Assembly: GCA_963695505.1 (NCBI GenBank)
Contig: CAVOGX010000012.1
Location: 120,768 to 184,767, forward strand
DNA length: 64,000 nt
Source of the DNA: an uncultured Chloroflexia bacterium
GTDB taxonomy: Bacteria > Chloroflexota > Anaerolineae > Promineifilales > Promineifilaceae
Direction of reading: 5' to 3'
Numbering within the stretch: position 1 is the stretch's first letter; each line of letters begins with the position of its first letter. Positions 22,293 to 31,860 of this stretch are shown piece by piece. Position numbers and translations under genes: made by a program. Below the pieces are notes generated by a model. That model was given only the letters and a program-made list of their open reading frames with translations, ran no database searches and was not told the DNA's origin.

Positions 22293-24035
22293 TTAATTCC
22301 GCCGCAAAAAGTCTACCAGCTCCGCGAGCGCCACCAGATGACGTTCCGCAGCGCTGCGCCGCTTCACCTCCACGCCCCCCTGGTCCAGATTGCGCGTGCT
22401 CACCGTGATGCGCCAGGGCACACCCATCAAATCCGCATCCTTAAACTTAACGCCGGCGCTGGCTTCCCGGTCATCGTACAGCACCTCAAAGCCCGCCTGC
22501 TGCAGGCTGGCATAGAGGGATTCGGCCGTTTCCAGAACTTGCTCACCCTTTCCCACATGCAGCAAGTGCACCTGGTAAGGAGCTACGCTGTCCGGCCAAA
22601 TGATGCCGTCCGCATCGTGGTGCTTTTCCACAATGATGGCCATCAACCGGTCCAGGCCAATGCCATAAGAGCCCATGAAAATATGCTGCGGCTGGCCCAT
22701 TTCATCTAGATAAGTGGCCTCAACAGCCTTGCTGTACCGCGTGCCCAGCTTGAAACAATGACCCGCCTCAATAGCCCGCTGGGCAGCCAACCGCCCACCA
22801 CAGTGCACACACTGATGGCCCGTATCAGCCTGGGCCACGTCTGCTATCTGGCTCACGGCAAAATCGCGGGGGTAGTTCGTCCCGGTGAAATGGAAGCCCA
22901 CCTCGTTGGCCCCCACCACAAAATTACCGCCGGTCGTAATGGATTCATCGGCCAGAACGAACACGCCCCCAGCCTCCTGGCCTGCCGTTACCAGCAACCC
23001 GGCGGGGGAAGCGTAGCCGGGCACGGCTCCCGCCGCCACGATTTCTTCGTCGGTGGCAGAACGCAGCAGGCCGCCACCCAGAGCGTTTATCAGCTTGACT
23101 TCGTTGATTTCCAGATCGCCGCGCACCAGACCAAACAGGAAACGGCCGTTGTCCACCGCCCCCTTTGCCAATTCACTTTCTGGCGTCCACCAGTAAAAGA
23201 CGGCTTTTAGCGTCTGGCTGGTAGGCACGCCTACAAAAGCGGCCACATCCGCAATGGTCTTGCAGTCCGGCGTGGCGACTTTGGTCAAATCTGCCAGCAC
23301 CTCAGGCGCATTGCCCTCTCGCACGAAAACGGCCGCTTCCACATTGGCCGCATAATCACAGCGCGTACAGGCAATGAAGGTATCCTCGCCATTTTCGTGC
23401 GGCACCATAAACTCGTGCGAACTTTTGCCGCCCATGGCCCCCACGTCGGCATGAACGGCCGTAGCCGGCGTGCCTACCCGCGTAAAAATATTGTGATACG
23501 CCTGCAGCATAGAAGGATAATACGCATCTAAAGCCGCTTCGCCGGTATCCAACGTGTAGGCATCCTTCATCACAAACTCCCGCAAACGCAGCAGCCCGCC
23601 TCGCGCGCGGGGTTCGTCGCGGAACTTTTTGCTGATGTGGTACACCATGCGCGGCAGGTCACGGTAGCTTTCTATTTCGCGCAGGGCCAGGTCTACCACC
23701 ACTTCTTCATGGGTGGCCGAGAGAGCATACTCGCGGCTGCCCCCGGCGGCTACTTTCATGAGGACGTCCACGGTATGCCAGCGCCCGGTGGCCTGCCACA
23801 GCGCCGCCGGATGCAAGTTGGGCATCCACATTTCCTGGCCGCCAATGGCGTCCATCTCCTCGGCCAAAATGTGCCAGATTTTGCGCATGACGCGGTAGCC
23901 CAGGGGCATGAAGGTGTATATGCCGGCCCCCGCCGGGCGCACAAAGTTGGCGCGAATGAGCAGTTGGTGGCTGATCATTTCGGCGTCTGCCGGGGCTTCA
24001 CGCAGGGTTTTGCCAAAAGCTTGTGAAAGTCGCAT
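22293..24035 (-). CDS. proS: Prolyl-tRNA synthetase, bacterial type with INS editing domain
   Basis: MRLSQAFGKTLREAPADAE...FMPLGYRV... class II motifs, about 580 aa with the inserted editing domain. SD GAGGAGGA lies before ATG 24035. Confidence 0.9.
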   Translation of the reverse strand: MRLSQAFGKTLREAPADAEMISHQLLIRANFVRPAGAGIYTFMPLGYRVMRKIWHILAEEMDAIGGQEMWMPNLHPAALWQATGRWHTVDVLMKVAAGGSREYALSATHEEVVVDLALREIESYRDLPRMVYHISKKFRDEPRARGGLLRLREFVMKDAYTLDTGEAALDAYYPSMLQAYHNIFTRVGTPATAVHADVGAMGGKSSHEFMVPHENGEDTFIACTRCDYAANVEAAVFVREGNAPEVLADLTKVATPDCKTIADVAAFVGVPTSQTLKAVFYWWTPESELAKGAVDNGRFLFGLVRGDLEINEVKLINALGGGLLRSATDEEIVAAGAVPGYASPAGLLVTAGQEAGGVFVLADESITTGGNFVVGANEVGFHFTGTNYPRDFAVSQIADVAQADTGHQCVHCGGRLAAQRAIEAGHCFKLGTRYSKAVEATYLDEMGQPQHIFMGSYGIGLDRLMAIIVEKHHDADGIIWPDSVAPYQVHLLHVGKGEQVLETAESLYASLQQAGFEVLYDDREASAGVKFKDADLMGVPWRITVSTRNLDQGGVEVKRRSAAERHLVALAELVDFLRRN

Positions 24036-24053
24036 TACATCCTCCTCAAGTAC

Positions 24054-24081
24054 AAAAAAGGGCAGGTGATGGCCTGCCCTT
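24054..24081 (-). terminator. Intrinsic terminator between the two proS genes
   Basis: On the minus strand: AAGGGCAGG-ccatca-CCTGCCCTT followed by TTTTTGT. It lies 32 nt after the upstream proS stop and ends 18 nt before the downstream ATG. Confidence 0.65.
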
Positions 24082-24112
24082 GCACACATTCAACGGTTGT
24101 TGTCTGTAAAGT

Positions 24113-25555
24113 TCAATAAGCACGGCCGAATATGGCGATTTTGCTAGCAGGTCGCCCGGTATAGAAGCAGGTGCCGCCGTTCTCTGGCTGCTCCAGGGGG
24201 AAGCAGCGAATGGTGGCTTTGGTTTCTTCTTTTACCTTTAGCTCTTCGGCATTGTCGCCTGCCCACCAAACGCGGGCAAAACCGGTCTGCACGGCCGTTT
24301 TGAAATCCTCATAATTCGACACGTCGTGGGTGTTTTCGTCGCGGAATTGGTTGGCGCGGGCCAGCAAGTTGGCCTGAATCTCCGCCAACAGGGCTTGCAC
24401 GGTGACCGCCAGGCCATCTTGCGAAACAAACTGCTTGCCCTCGCGGCCTGGGATGTCACGGCGGGCCAGGGCCACGCTGTGCTTTTCAATATCGCGGGGG
24501 CCAATTTCAATGCGTGCAGGCACGCCCCGCAGTTCCCAATCGTTGAATTTGTAGCCGGGGGTCAGGTTGTCGCGGTCGTCCATCTTTACCCGCACGCCCA
24601 CGTCTACCAGCTCTTGCTGAATGCGGTGGGCAGCTTCCAGAACGGCCGTTTTCTCGGCGTCTTTGCGGTAAATGGGCACAATCACCACCTGGTAGGGCGC
24701 CAGGCGGGGTGGCAGCACCAACCCACTGTCGTCGCCATGAGTCATGATGATGGCTCCCACAAAGCGCGTGCTCAGGCCCCAAGACGTCGTCCAAGCGTAT
24801 TGCAGCTCGTTGTTGGGGTCCAGGTATTGAATGTCGAAAGCTTTGGCAAAGTTCTGTCCCAAATTGTGGGAAGTGCCCGACTGCAGCGCCTTGCCATCTC
24901 CCATCATTGCTTCAATGGTCAGGGTCTGGTTAGCCCCGGCAAAGCGCTCCAACTCCGATTTTTCACCACGCAAAACAGGAACGGCCGCTTCGTTGATGGC
25001 AAAGTCCGCGTACACGTCGAGCATCATCCGCGTGCGCTCGTCGGCTTCCGCTTTCGTGGCGTGGGCGGTGTGCCCCTCTTGCCAGTAAAATTCCAGCGTG
25101 CGCAAAAACAGCTTGGTGCGCAGTTCCCAGCGCACCACGCTGTTCCACAGGTTAATCAGAATGGGCAAATCGCGGTAGCTCTGCACCCAGTTGGCGTAAG
25201 CGTGCCCAATGATGGTCTCCGAGGTGGGGCGCACCACAATGGGCTCGGCCAGTTCCTGCCCGCCGCCGTGGGTGACCACCGCCAGCTCAGGCGCAAATCC
25301 CTCTACGTGCTTGGCCTCTTTCTGCAAAAAGCTCATGGGGATAAACATGGGGAACCCGGCATTTTGCACGCCGGTAGCCTTAAACCGCTGGTCTAGCGCT
25401 TGCTGGATATTCTCCCACAAAGCCCACCCGTAAGGTTTAACAATCATGGTGCCGCGCACCGGGCCATAATCGGCCATGTCCGCCCGCAGCACTACGGAGT
25501 TGTACCATTCGTTGAAGTCTTCGCTGCGTGAGACAAGTCTGTCTTTATCCGCCAT
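24113..25555 (-). CDS. proS: Prolyl-tRNA synthetase, archaeal/eukaryote-like type (no INS domain, C-terminal Zn-binding-type domain)
   Basis: 480 aa. FNEWYNSVVLRADMADY..VRGTMIVKPYG, and C-terminus CFPLEQ...CFYTGRPA..IFGRAY. Confidence 0.9.
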   Translation of the reverse strand: MADKDRLVSRSEDFNEWYNSVVLRADMADYGPVRGTMIVKPYGWALWENIQQALDQRFKATGVQNAGFPMFIPMSFLQKEAKHVEGFAPELAVVTHGGGQELAEPIVVRPTSETIIGHAYANWVQSYRDLPILINLWNSVVRWELRTKLFLRTLEFYWQEGHTAHATKAEADERTRMMLDVYADFAINEAAVPVLRGEKSELERFAGANQTLTIEAMMGDGKALQSGTSHNLGQNFAKAFDIQYLDPNNELQYAWTTSWGLSTRFVGAIIMTHGDDSGLVLPPRLAPYQVVIVPIYRKDAEKTAVLEAAHRIQQELVDVGVRVKMDDRDNLTPGYKFNDWELRGVPARIEIGPRDIEKHSVALARRDIPGREGKQFVSQDGLAVTVQALLAEIQANLLARANQFRDENTHDVSNYEDFKTAVQTGFARVWWAGDNAEELKVKEETKATIRCFPLEQPENGGTCFYTGRPASKIAIFGRAY

Positions 25556-25785
25556 TCAAATACCTTTACATCACTGTTTTTTTGCAAGCTGCAAAACGAA
25601 GGAGAGTATAACAGTCATCAAATTACCCGTCAAAAGGGGCCGGTTCTGGGTGAATTTTGGGCTGTTGGGGCACAAATTGCTTGCCTCTCAGAGGAGTTTG
25701 CTCTAAGATGTGGTGACTCTAGAGAGAAAAATCGACTTGTCGGTTTTTGTGAGAGGAAATCTTTTTCTAAAAAGGAAGGTAAACA

Positions 25786-25980
25786 ATGGCATTTAGTTTT
25801 ACAAATTCAAAAGGACGTACTTACTTTTTGCACAAGCGTGACACGCAGTTGAAGAACGGCCGTTCCCAAACCATTTACTTCTTTGCCAAAGAGGTGAAGC
25901 CTGGGGCAATTGACGCCGTGCCAGCCGGGTACGCTGTGTCTGAAAGCCGCAATGGCCTGCCTGTTCTAAAGAAGAAATAA
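25786..25980 (+). CDS. Small conserved-looking hypothetical protein (64 aa)
   Basis: AAGGAAGG SD before the ATG, followed by a clean terminator. Confidence 0.55.
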   Translation: MAFSFTNSKGRTYFLHKRDTQLKNGRSQTIYFFAKEVKPGAIDAVPAGYAVSESRNGLPVLKKK

Positions 25981-26005
25981 ACAGGCGCCACCAGCAAAAT
26001 AAGCG

Positions 26006-26040
26006 AAAAAAGCCTCTTGCCACAGCTTGAGGCTTTTTTG
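26006..26040 (+). terminator. Rho-independent terminator
   Basis: AAGCCTC-ttgccacagctt-GAGGCTT followed by TTTTTG. Confidence 0.75.
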
Positions 26041-26052
26041 TTAGGCAGGCGG

Positions 26053-27174
26053 TTTGTGCCCTACTTCAATTATCAACTGGTTACGGCCGTTTCTCCCTGG
26101 CAGCGCCGCGAATTTCTGCATCATTGGTGGCGCATCTACCAGTCTGACCACCGCTGGACGCCACCCGTTTACGCCCATCTGCGCTGGGCCACCAACCCGC
26201 TGCTGAATCCCCACCTGGCCCGGCTCCAGCCCCAATTTCTGCATGTAGAAGCCCTGCACCGCCAGCAGCAAGGCATGCCTCATACTGGACGTATCCCTCT
26301 GAACGCATCTTTGACCGAAACGCCCCTGGCCGCAGGCATTCTGCTGCACGATCCGCGCCGGGCTGACAGGGCTGCCCACCTGGCTCTGGTACACTGCGCC
26401 AATGAGGCGGAGGCTTTTGAAACGTTGCTCTATGCCAGCGCCGAACGCCTGACCGCCGCGGGGATAAGGCGGTTGGTAGCTTTCACCGGTTTGTCTCCTC
26501 ATTTAGGCAGCGGTCTTCTTACCAATGAATGGCATCATGATCCCCCATGGCATACGCCCTACAACCCACCCTACCTGCCAGAGCTAGTAGAAAAGTGGTT
26601 GCACCCTTTAACCACAGGGAGCTTGTACCACCTGCCTGTACCCGCAGAACTGTCTCCAGTTTCTCAGCCGGCAACATTACGTCCCCTGGATGCAAATCGG
26701 CTGGCGCAAGATTTGCTGCCGCTGCTGGAAACGGCCGTTTCCACCCCCCATTTTCCCCCGCCAGACCAGGCCGAGGCCGCTTTTTTGCTGCGCTGGCTCG
26801 ATCCGCGCACCCTTCGAGGCTGGCTGGCCGAAATCCAAGGACGGCCCGTTGGCTTCCTGCTGCTGCAGCCTGACCTGGGGCCGCGTCTGCGCCAGACCCG
26901 GGGAAAGCCAAAATGGCTGCAGCAAATTTGGCTCAAGTCCCCTCTACGCCCTGTGCGCCAGGGACGGCTGCTTTTGGGGGGCGTATTGCCTGCCTACCGC
27001 CGCCAGGGCATCGGACGGCAGCTTTTAAGCAAGGCGATGGTCGCCGCGCAGGAGCAGGGGTGGCAAAAATTGGTGATAGGGCCAGTGTGGCAGGGGGAAA
27101 CGGCCGTCAAATTCCTCCTAAATCTGCAAGCCAAACCCTCCCAAACTTTTCGGTTATATGATTGGAACTTCTAA
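26053..27174 (+). CDS. GNAT-domain protein (acetyltransferase domain at the C-terminus)
   Basis: LGGVLPAYRRQGIGRQLLSKAMVAAQEQGW acetyl-CoA motif. The ORF-track start (TTG 26017) sits in the terminator loop, so GTG 26053 or a later codon is more likely. Confidence 0.55.
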   Translation, partial: FVPYFNYQLVTAVSPWQRREFLHHWWRIYQSDHRWTPPVYAHLRWATNPLLNPHLARLQPQFLHVEALHRQQQGMPHTGRIPLNASLTETPLAAGILLHDPRRADRAAHLALVHCANEAEAFETLLYASAERLTAAGIRRLVAFTGLSPHLGSGLLTNEWHHDPPWHTPYNPPYLPELVEKWLHPLTTGSLYHLPVPAELSPVSQPATLRPLDANRLAQDLLPLLETAVSTPHFPPPDQAEAAFLLRWLDPRTLRGWLAEIQGRPVGFLLLQPDLGPRLRQTRGKPKWLQQIWLKSPLRPVRQGRLLLGGVLPAYRRQGIGRQLLSKAMVAAQEQGWQKLVIGPVWQGETAVKFLLNLQAKPSQTFRLYDWNF

Positions 27175-27234
27175 ATAGGGCATAATACATTCATGCAAGC
27201 GTCTACTTCCCCGTACCGAAAAGGAGCGGAACAA

Positions 27235-27726
27235 ATGATTTCCGACCAAATGCGTCGACTGTATACCTACAACACCTGGGCCTGGCAGCACGTTTTCAAA
27301 AGCATCACCCAGCTTGACAACGAGACCTATCTTGCATCCCGCCCCATCTTCCAGCATTCTATCCACAGCCTGCTTGTCCACTGCATGGCCGCCGAAAAGA
27401 CCTGGTTGGCCCGCTGTCAAGGAGAAAGCCCCACCAGCCTGCCTGACCCGGCCGATTACCCCGACTTTACGGCCGTTAACCAGGTATGGAGCCACGTTCG
27501 GCATGCCTGGGCCAATTACTTGCAGTGGTTAAGCGATGACGATTGCAAGCAATTAATCAATTATCGCAACACGAGCGGTTCCGCTTACACGCTGCCACTG
27601 GCCGACATCTTGCAGCACGTTATCAATCACGCGACCGAGCACCGCAGCCAGCTAACCCCCGTTTTGTACGAATTAGGTGTCCCCACCGAGCCTCTCGATT
27701 ACATGCGTTTTCGGCTGGGTATGTAG
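27235..27726 (+). CDS. DinB family protein
   Basis: HSLLVHCMAAE...HVINHATEHRSQL. AAGGAG SD lies before ATG 27235; the ORF track gives 27193. Confidence 0.75.
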   Translation: MISDQMRRLYTYNTWAWQHVFKSITQLDNETYLASRPIFQHSIHSLLVHCMAAEKTWLARCQGESPTSLPDPADYPDFTAVNQVWSHVRHAWANYLQWLSDDDCKQLINYRNTSGSAYTLPLADILQHVINHATEHRSQLTPVLYELGVPTEPLDYMRFRLGM

Positions 27727-28362
27727 CTAGCTCCACTTCACCACAATCTCCAGAACCGTATCCGCTGCCCGGTCTCCCTGGTCGGCAGCATTAGACAAAT
27801 GGCGCAGCACTTCCCGCGTCTTCAATATTTCCATCACCCGGGCAATATCTTCTGGCCCCTCAAACAATTTGGCCAGGCTATGCCGGTACACCCCCTCCAC
27901 CTGGTTCTCTAGCCCTTTTGCCCGCCGCGCATGCTCTGACGCCACACCCGGGTGGTCTAACAAGCGGTGCAAGGCTAACAGCAGTTCGTTAGCCATCTCC
28001 AGCAGCAGCGCGGTAATTTCCATCACCGCTTCTGGGGGTTCCAACGCAAATATTTCCAACTCTTCTACAGTGTCATAGATATAATCAATAAAATTGTCGA
28101 GGGCACGCGTAAGTGCAAACAAATCTTCCCGGTCAATGGGCGTAACGAAGGTGTTCAGCAACTCATGCACAAAAATGCGCTCAATTTCATCTGCTTCTTT
28201 TTCAAGCTGGCGGGCACGGGTGCTTTTTTTGTCGCTCTGCTTGCGAATGTATGCTTGCAAAGCTTCTACCACAGCCACCGCATATTCCCCCTGCTCGATG
28301 AGCATCGGCATAAAATTGTCCTGCTTCGGTTTCAAGAACCGCTTCAACCATTCCATCTGCAT
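27727..28362 (-). CDS. DUF47 / PhoU-like phosphate-transport regulator (TIGR00153 type)
   Basis: MQMEWLKRFLKPKQDNF...ADEIERIFVHEL... It lies immediately downstream of a PiT transporter, which is the classic pairing. Confidence 0.8.
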   Translation of the reverse strand: MQMEWLKRFLKPKQDNFMPMLIEQGEYAVAVVEALQAYIRKQSDKKSTRARQLEKEADEIERIFVHELLNTFVTPIDREDLFALTRALDNFIDYIYDTVEELEIFALEPPEAVMEITALLLEMANELLLALHRLLDHPGVASEHARRAKGLENQVEGVYRHSLAKLFEGPEDIARVMEILKTREVLRHLSNAADQGDRAADTVLEIVVKWS

Positions 28363-28378
28363 ATTTTCACCTCCGTCA

Positions 28379-29374
28379 TCAACGGCCGTTTTCCATTGCC
28401 ACCACGATGACAAAGTAGCTGAGGGCTGCCAAAATGGCCGAGATAGGGATCGTTAGCACCCAGGCTACGAGCATTTCGTAACCCACCTGCCAGCGCACCT
28501 TGCTTACCCGTTCGGCCGTGCCTGCGCCCATGATTGACGAACTCATCACCTGGGTGGTGCTTACCGGGCCACCAAACAGGGCGGCTCCTAAAATGATAGC
28601 TGCTCCGGCAATTTGTGATACAAACCCGTGCACCGGGCGGATTTTATAAATGCGTCCACCCAGGGTTTTTATTAGCCGCCACCCGCCCAAGGCCGTGCCT
28701 AAGGCAATCATGCCCGCGCTGGCTGCCACAACCCAGATAGGCACAGCAAAAGTATCAATCTGTCCTTCCACCAATAAACCCAACGTGATAATGCCCATGG
28801 TTTTTTGCGCGTCGTTGGCGCCATGGCTCAAAGCCAGCCCCACAGAAGTCACCAACTGCGCTTTCTTGAAAAAACGGTTGATGCGTGGCGTTGCCCCGCG
28901 GGCCATGAACAGGGTCAGATTCATCAGCAAATAACCCACTACGATGCCTAACAGCGGAGAAAGGAACAAGGCCAGAGAAACTTTGATCAACCCGCTGGTT
29001 TGAATGGCGTTCAAACCTTCGCTGACGGCCACTGCACCTATAACCCCACCCACCAATGCATGGGACGAACTAGATGGAATACCCAGCCACCAGGTTATGA
29101 GATTCCAGATGACGGCCGAAACCATTGCGGCAATGATTACCGGCATGGTGACGTGTTCAGGATCGGCCAGCCCCTTCCCGATGGTTTCGGCCACCGCCAC
29201 GCCAAAGAGAAACGGGCCTGCAAAATGGGCTAAAGCGGCTAACAGCAGGATGCGGCGTGGAGCCAGGGCACGAGAGGCAATGGGCGTGGCCACGATGTTG
29301 GAACTGTCGTGGAAACCATTGAGAAAATCGAAAAGTAAAGCGCTGGCCAGCAGCGCGGCAAAGGTCAAGCTCAT
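28379..29374 (-). CDS. pit: Inorganic phosphate transporter, PiT family
   Basis: FDFLNGFHDSSNIVATPI and GANDAQKTMGII signature motifs; polytopic membrane protein. Confidence 0.9.
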   Translation of the reverse strand: MSLTFAALLASALLFDFLNGFHDSSNIVATPIASRALAPRRILLLAALAHFAGPFLFGVAVAETIGKGLADPEHVTMPVIIAAMVSAVIWNLITWWLGIPSSSSHALVGGVIGAVAVSEGLNAIQTSGLIKVSLALFLSPLLGIVVGYLLMNLTLFMARGATPRINRFFKKAQLVTSVGLALSHGANDAQKTMGIITLGLLVEGQIDTFAVPIWVVAASAGMIALGTALGGWRLIKTLGGRIYKIRPVHGFVSQIAGAAIILGAALFGGPVSTTQVMSSSIMGAGTAERVSKVRWQVGYEMLVAWVLTIPISAILAALSYFVIVVAMENGR

Positions 29375-29386
29375 AATTCACCTTAC

Positions 29387-29406
29387 TGTTAACAAATTGT
29401 TAACAA
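29387..29406. promoter_or_regulatory. Two TGTTAACA palindromes with 11-bp phasing upstream of pit
   Basis: cTGTTAACAaatTGTTAACAaa lies 13-32 nt upstream of the pit ATG. On the gene strand it reads TTAACA-N5-TTAACA, like Bacillus-type PhoP half-sites. Confidence 0.4.
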
Positions 29407-29883
29407 AAAGGGTGAGCAGTATAACAGGGCGTAAGGGGAAAAAGCAAGCGTTTAGCCAGTGATTGGGCCACGGACCATTGCTTTTTGGCCCGGGTGGGTA
29501 CAATTGGCAGGTCATGGATAAAAAACTGCGCATGGGAATCACCTGGGTAGGATTGCTGGCAGCCTTTTTTGTGACCGGCCTGGCAGCGACGCGGCTGGTT
29601 TATGAGGCGGCTTTTCCGCATTGGCTGTGGCTGGCACGGCCGTTTCCCGCCATACTCTATCGCCCTCGCCCTCACTGTCCTGGCCACCCGCGCCATCCGT
29701 CAAGTATCGCCTGTCTTGCCTCTCCTGCTCAACCTGCTGTGGCTCTTCGACCCCACCGTTGACCTGATCCGCAGTCGTCTCATTTTCGCCGCCAGCTTGT
29801 GGTTGGCGCTGCTGCTGGGGTTTTTTTATCACCAAGAGACAAAGCAAGAAATGGAACAAAGAAGTACATGGCCGACTGGCTTT

Positions 29884-29911
29884 ATTCCTCATTCCTCATT
29901 CCTCATTCCTC
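29884..29911. repeat. (ATTCCTC)x4 heptamer tract followed by T6, at a frame break
   Basis: Four perfect 7-mers. The upstream and downstream parts of the gene are in different frames on either side of this tract. Confidence 0.85.
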
Positions 29912-30310
29912 TTTTTTCTATGGCTGGTTCTGGCTCCCATCTACCTGCTGACCCTGGGGCGCACCGTTGGTCGGGCCGATACCTTTGAGTTTCAGGTGGT
30001 GGCGCCGCAGTTGGGCATTGCCCATCCTACCGGCTACCCGCTTTATTTGCTGCTGGGCAAGCTGTGGACGGAGCTCATTCCCTTTGGCACGGTGGCGTGG
30101 CGGCTAAATGTGGGAACGGCCGTTTACGCCCTCCTTGCTGCCACGTTCATTTACCTTACCGGGGCGCGGCTGCTGCGCCGACCCGTTCCCGCTCTCCTCG
30201 CCGCCCTCGCTTTGGGCATCACCCCCACCTTTTGGAGCCAGGCCGTTGAAGCAGAAGTGTACACCCTGCATGCCCTCATCATCAGCGTGGCGCTGTGGGT
30301 AATGGTGAAA

Positions 30311-30350
30311 ATTGGAGACTGGAGACTGGAGATTAGAGATTGGAAATTGA
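30311..30350. repeat. Heptamer tract (GGAGACT/GGAGATT/AGAGATT) in-frame in a CDS
   Basis: Translated as IGDWRLEIRDWKL. Confidence 0.8.
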
Positions 30351-30460
30351 TAGGGTTAGCGTTTTTGTTGGGGTTAGGCTTGACCAATCACTTGACAACG
30401 CTTTTCTTATTCCCGCCCGCCGCCATTATTCTTCTAACTGCCCTTTACCACAGCCGCAAA

Positions 30461-30490
30461 CAGTCTCTAATCTCCAATCTCCAATCCCTC
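30461..30490. repeat. Heptamer tract of complementary flavour (CAGTCTC/TAATCTC/CAATCTC) in-frame in a CDS
   Basis: Translated as QSLISNLQSL. It is the reverse-complement word family of 30311-30350. Confidence 0.8.
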
Positions 30491-30903
30491 CTCAAACTCT
30501 TATTTGCCTTTCTCGCCCCCCTCAGCCTCTACGCCTACCTGCCCCTGCGCTGGCAGGCGGTCAATGGCGAGCCCATGGGCTGGGCGCGCTTTGTAGATTG
30601 GGTGATAGGCGGCCGTTTTCAGGGCGCGCTGCAGTGGCGTGCCTGGCTGGACGACCCCACCCGCTACGAAATTGTGGGGCGGCTGTTCCTGGATAATTGG
30701 GGTTGGGTAAATCTAGGCCTGGCAGGCATCGGCTTCATTTACCTGATGGTGCAGCAGCGCCGCGCCGCCCTGCTGCTCTTTGTCACCTGGTTGGGCTTCA
30801 CTTTCTACGCCCTCAACTACTACGTCCCCGACCTCAACGTCTTTCTGATGGGCGCGCACGTCGTCGTGGCGCTGTGGTGGGCAGCAGGCGCAACGGCGAT
30901 TTT

Positions 30904-30972
30904 TGATGTCGGATGTCGGATGTCGGATTTTGAATTATGCCTTACCGCCCAATCTCTAGTCTCCAGTCTCCT
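30904..30972. repeat. (GATGTCG)x3 tract plus (CAATCTC/TAGTCTC/CAGTCTC) tract in-frame in a CDS
   Basis: Translated as DVGCRMSDFELCLTAQSLVSSL. Confidence 0.75.
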
Positions 30973-31860
30973 ATTCCTGCCCATTTTGCTCCTGGCCATT
31001 GCCACCTGGCCCCAGGTAGACCGTTCGCGGGCGGATGGGTTGACGCAGTGGGGCACGGCCGTTCTCAACCTACCCCTTGCTCCAAACAGCGCCATCCTGG
31101 CCGACAGCGAGAAAATTGCGCCGCTGTACTACTTACAGCAGGCCGAGGGCCTGCGCCCCGACCTGGACATCATGGTGCTGCCCGATGAGGCCGCCTACCG
31201 TGCGGAGCTGGAAGCGCGAGTTGCCGCCGGGCAGACTGTGTACCTGGCCCGCTATTTGCCGGGGCTGGAAGGCGTTTACCATTTGCGCGCTGTGGGGCCG
31301 CTAACCGAGGTCAGCACAAAGCCACTAGATAGCTTGCCCGCGTCAGCCATTCCCGCCAACCTCCGCTTTGGCCCACTGCGGTTGATTGGCTATGAAGGTA
31401 GCGGTTGAGAGTGCGTATGCGTCGCGCACGGCGGCCATTACATTCTACTGGCAGGCCGCCGCACCACCGGCAGCAGTTCTGGTACGTGTACGTACGCTGG
31501 CAGGGGCAGCCGCCGCTGAATGCCAGCGGGCAGCATCCGGCCAACGACGACTACCCCACCCTGGCCTGGCGCGCCGAAGAGATTGTGCCCGACTTTTACC
31601 TGCTGCCCCACCCCATCAGCGCCGCGCCGCAAAGGCTGGCGGTGCAGGTTGCCGTTGCGCCGCCCTTCACCCCAGAGGCAGAACTGACCTGGCAAACGGT
31701 GACCACGCTGGCGTTGCCCGCAACGGGAACTTTGGATTTGGCACGGCCGTATCGCATCCAGCTTGGCCCGGCCACCCTCAGCGGGGCGCAGTTCCCTACC
31801 CAAATTCGGCCGCAAACGGCTCTGCCCGTGCTGCTTACGGGTTCCGGTGAGCGGTTATCA

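Noticed and set aside
24326-25396. 356-aa ORF antisense to the archaeal-type proS
   Set aside because: It is an antisense shadow ORF of a gene with unambiguous class II aaRS motifs, and its sequence is low-complexity Gly/Arg/Val/His.
25556-25785. T-box or other amino-acid-sensing leader upstream of the first proS
   Set aside because: I read the minus-strand leader and found no T-box consensus (no GGTGGTACCGCG-like element), no specifier-loop architecture and no convincing terminator/antiterminator pair.
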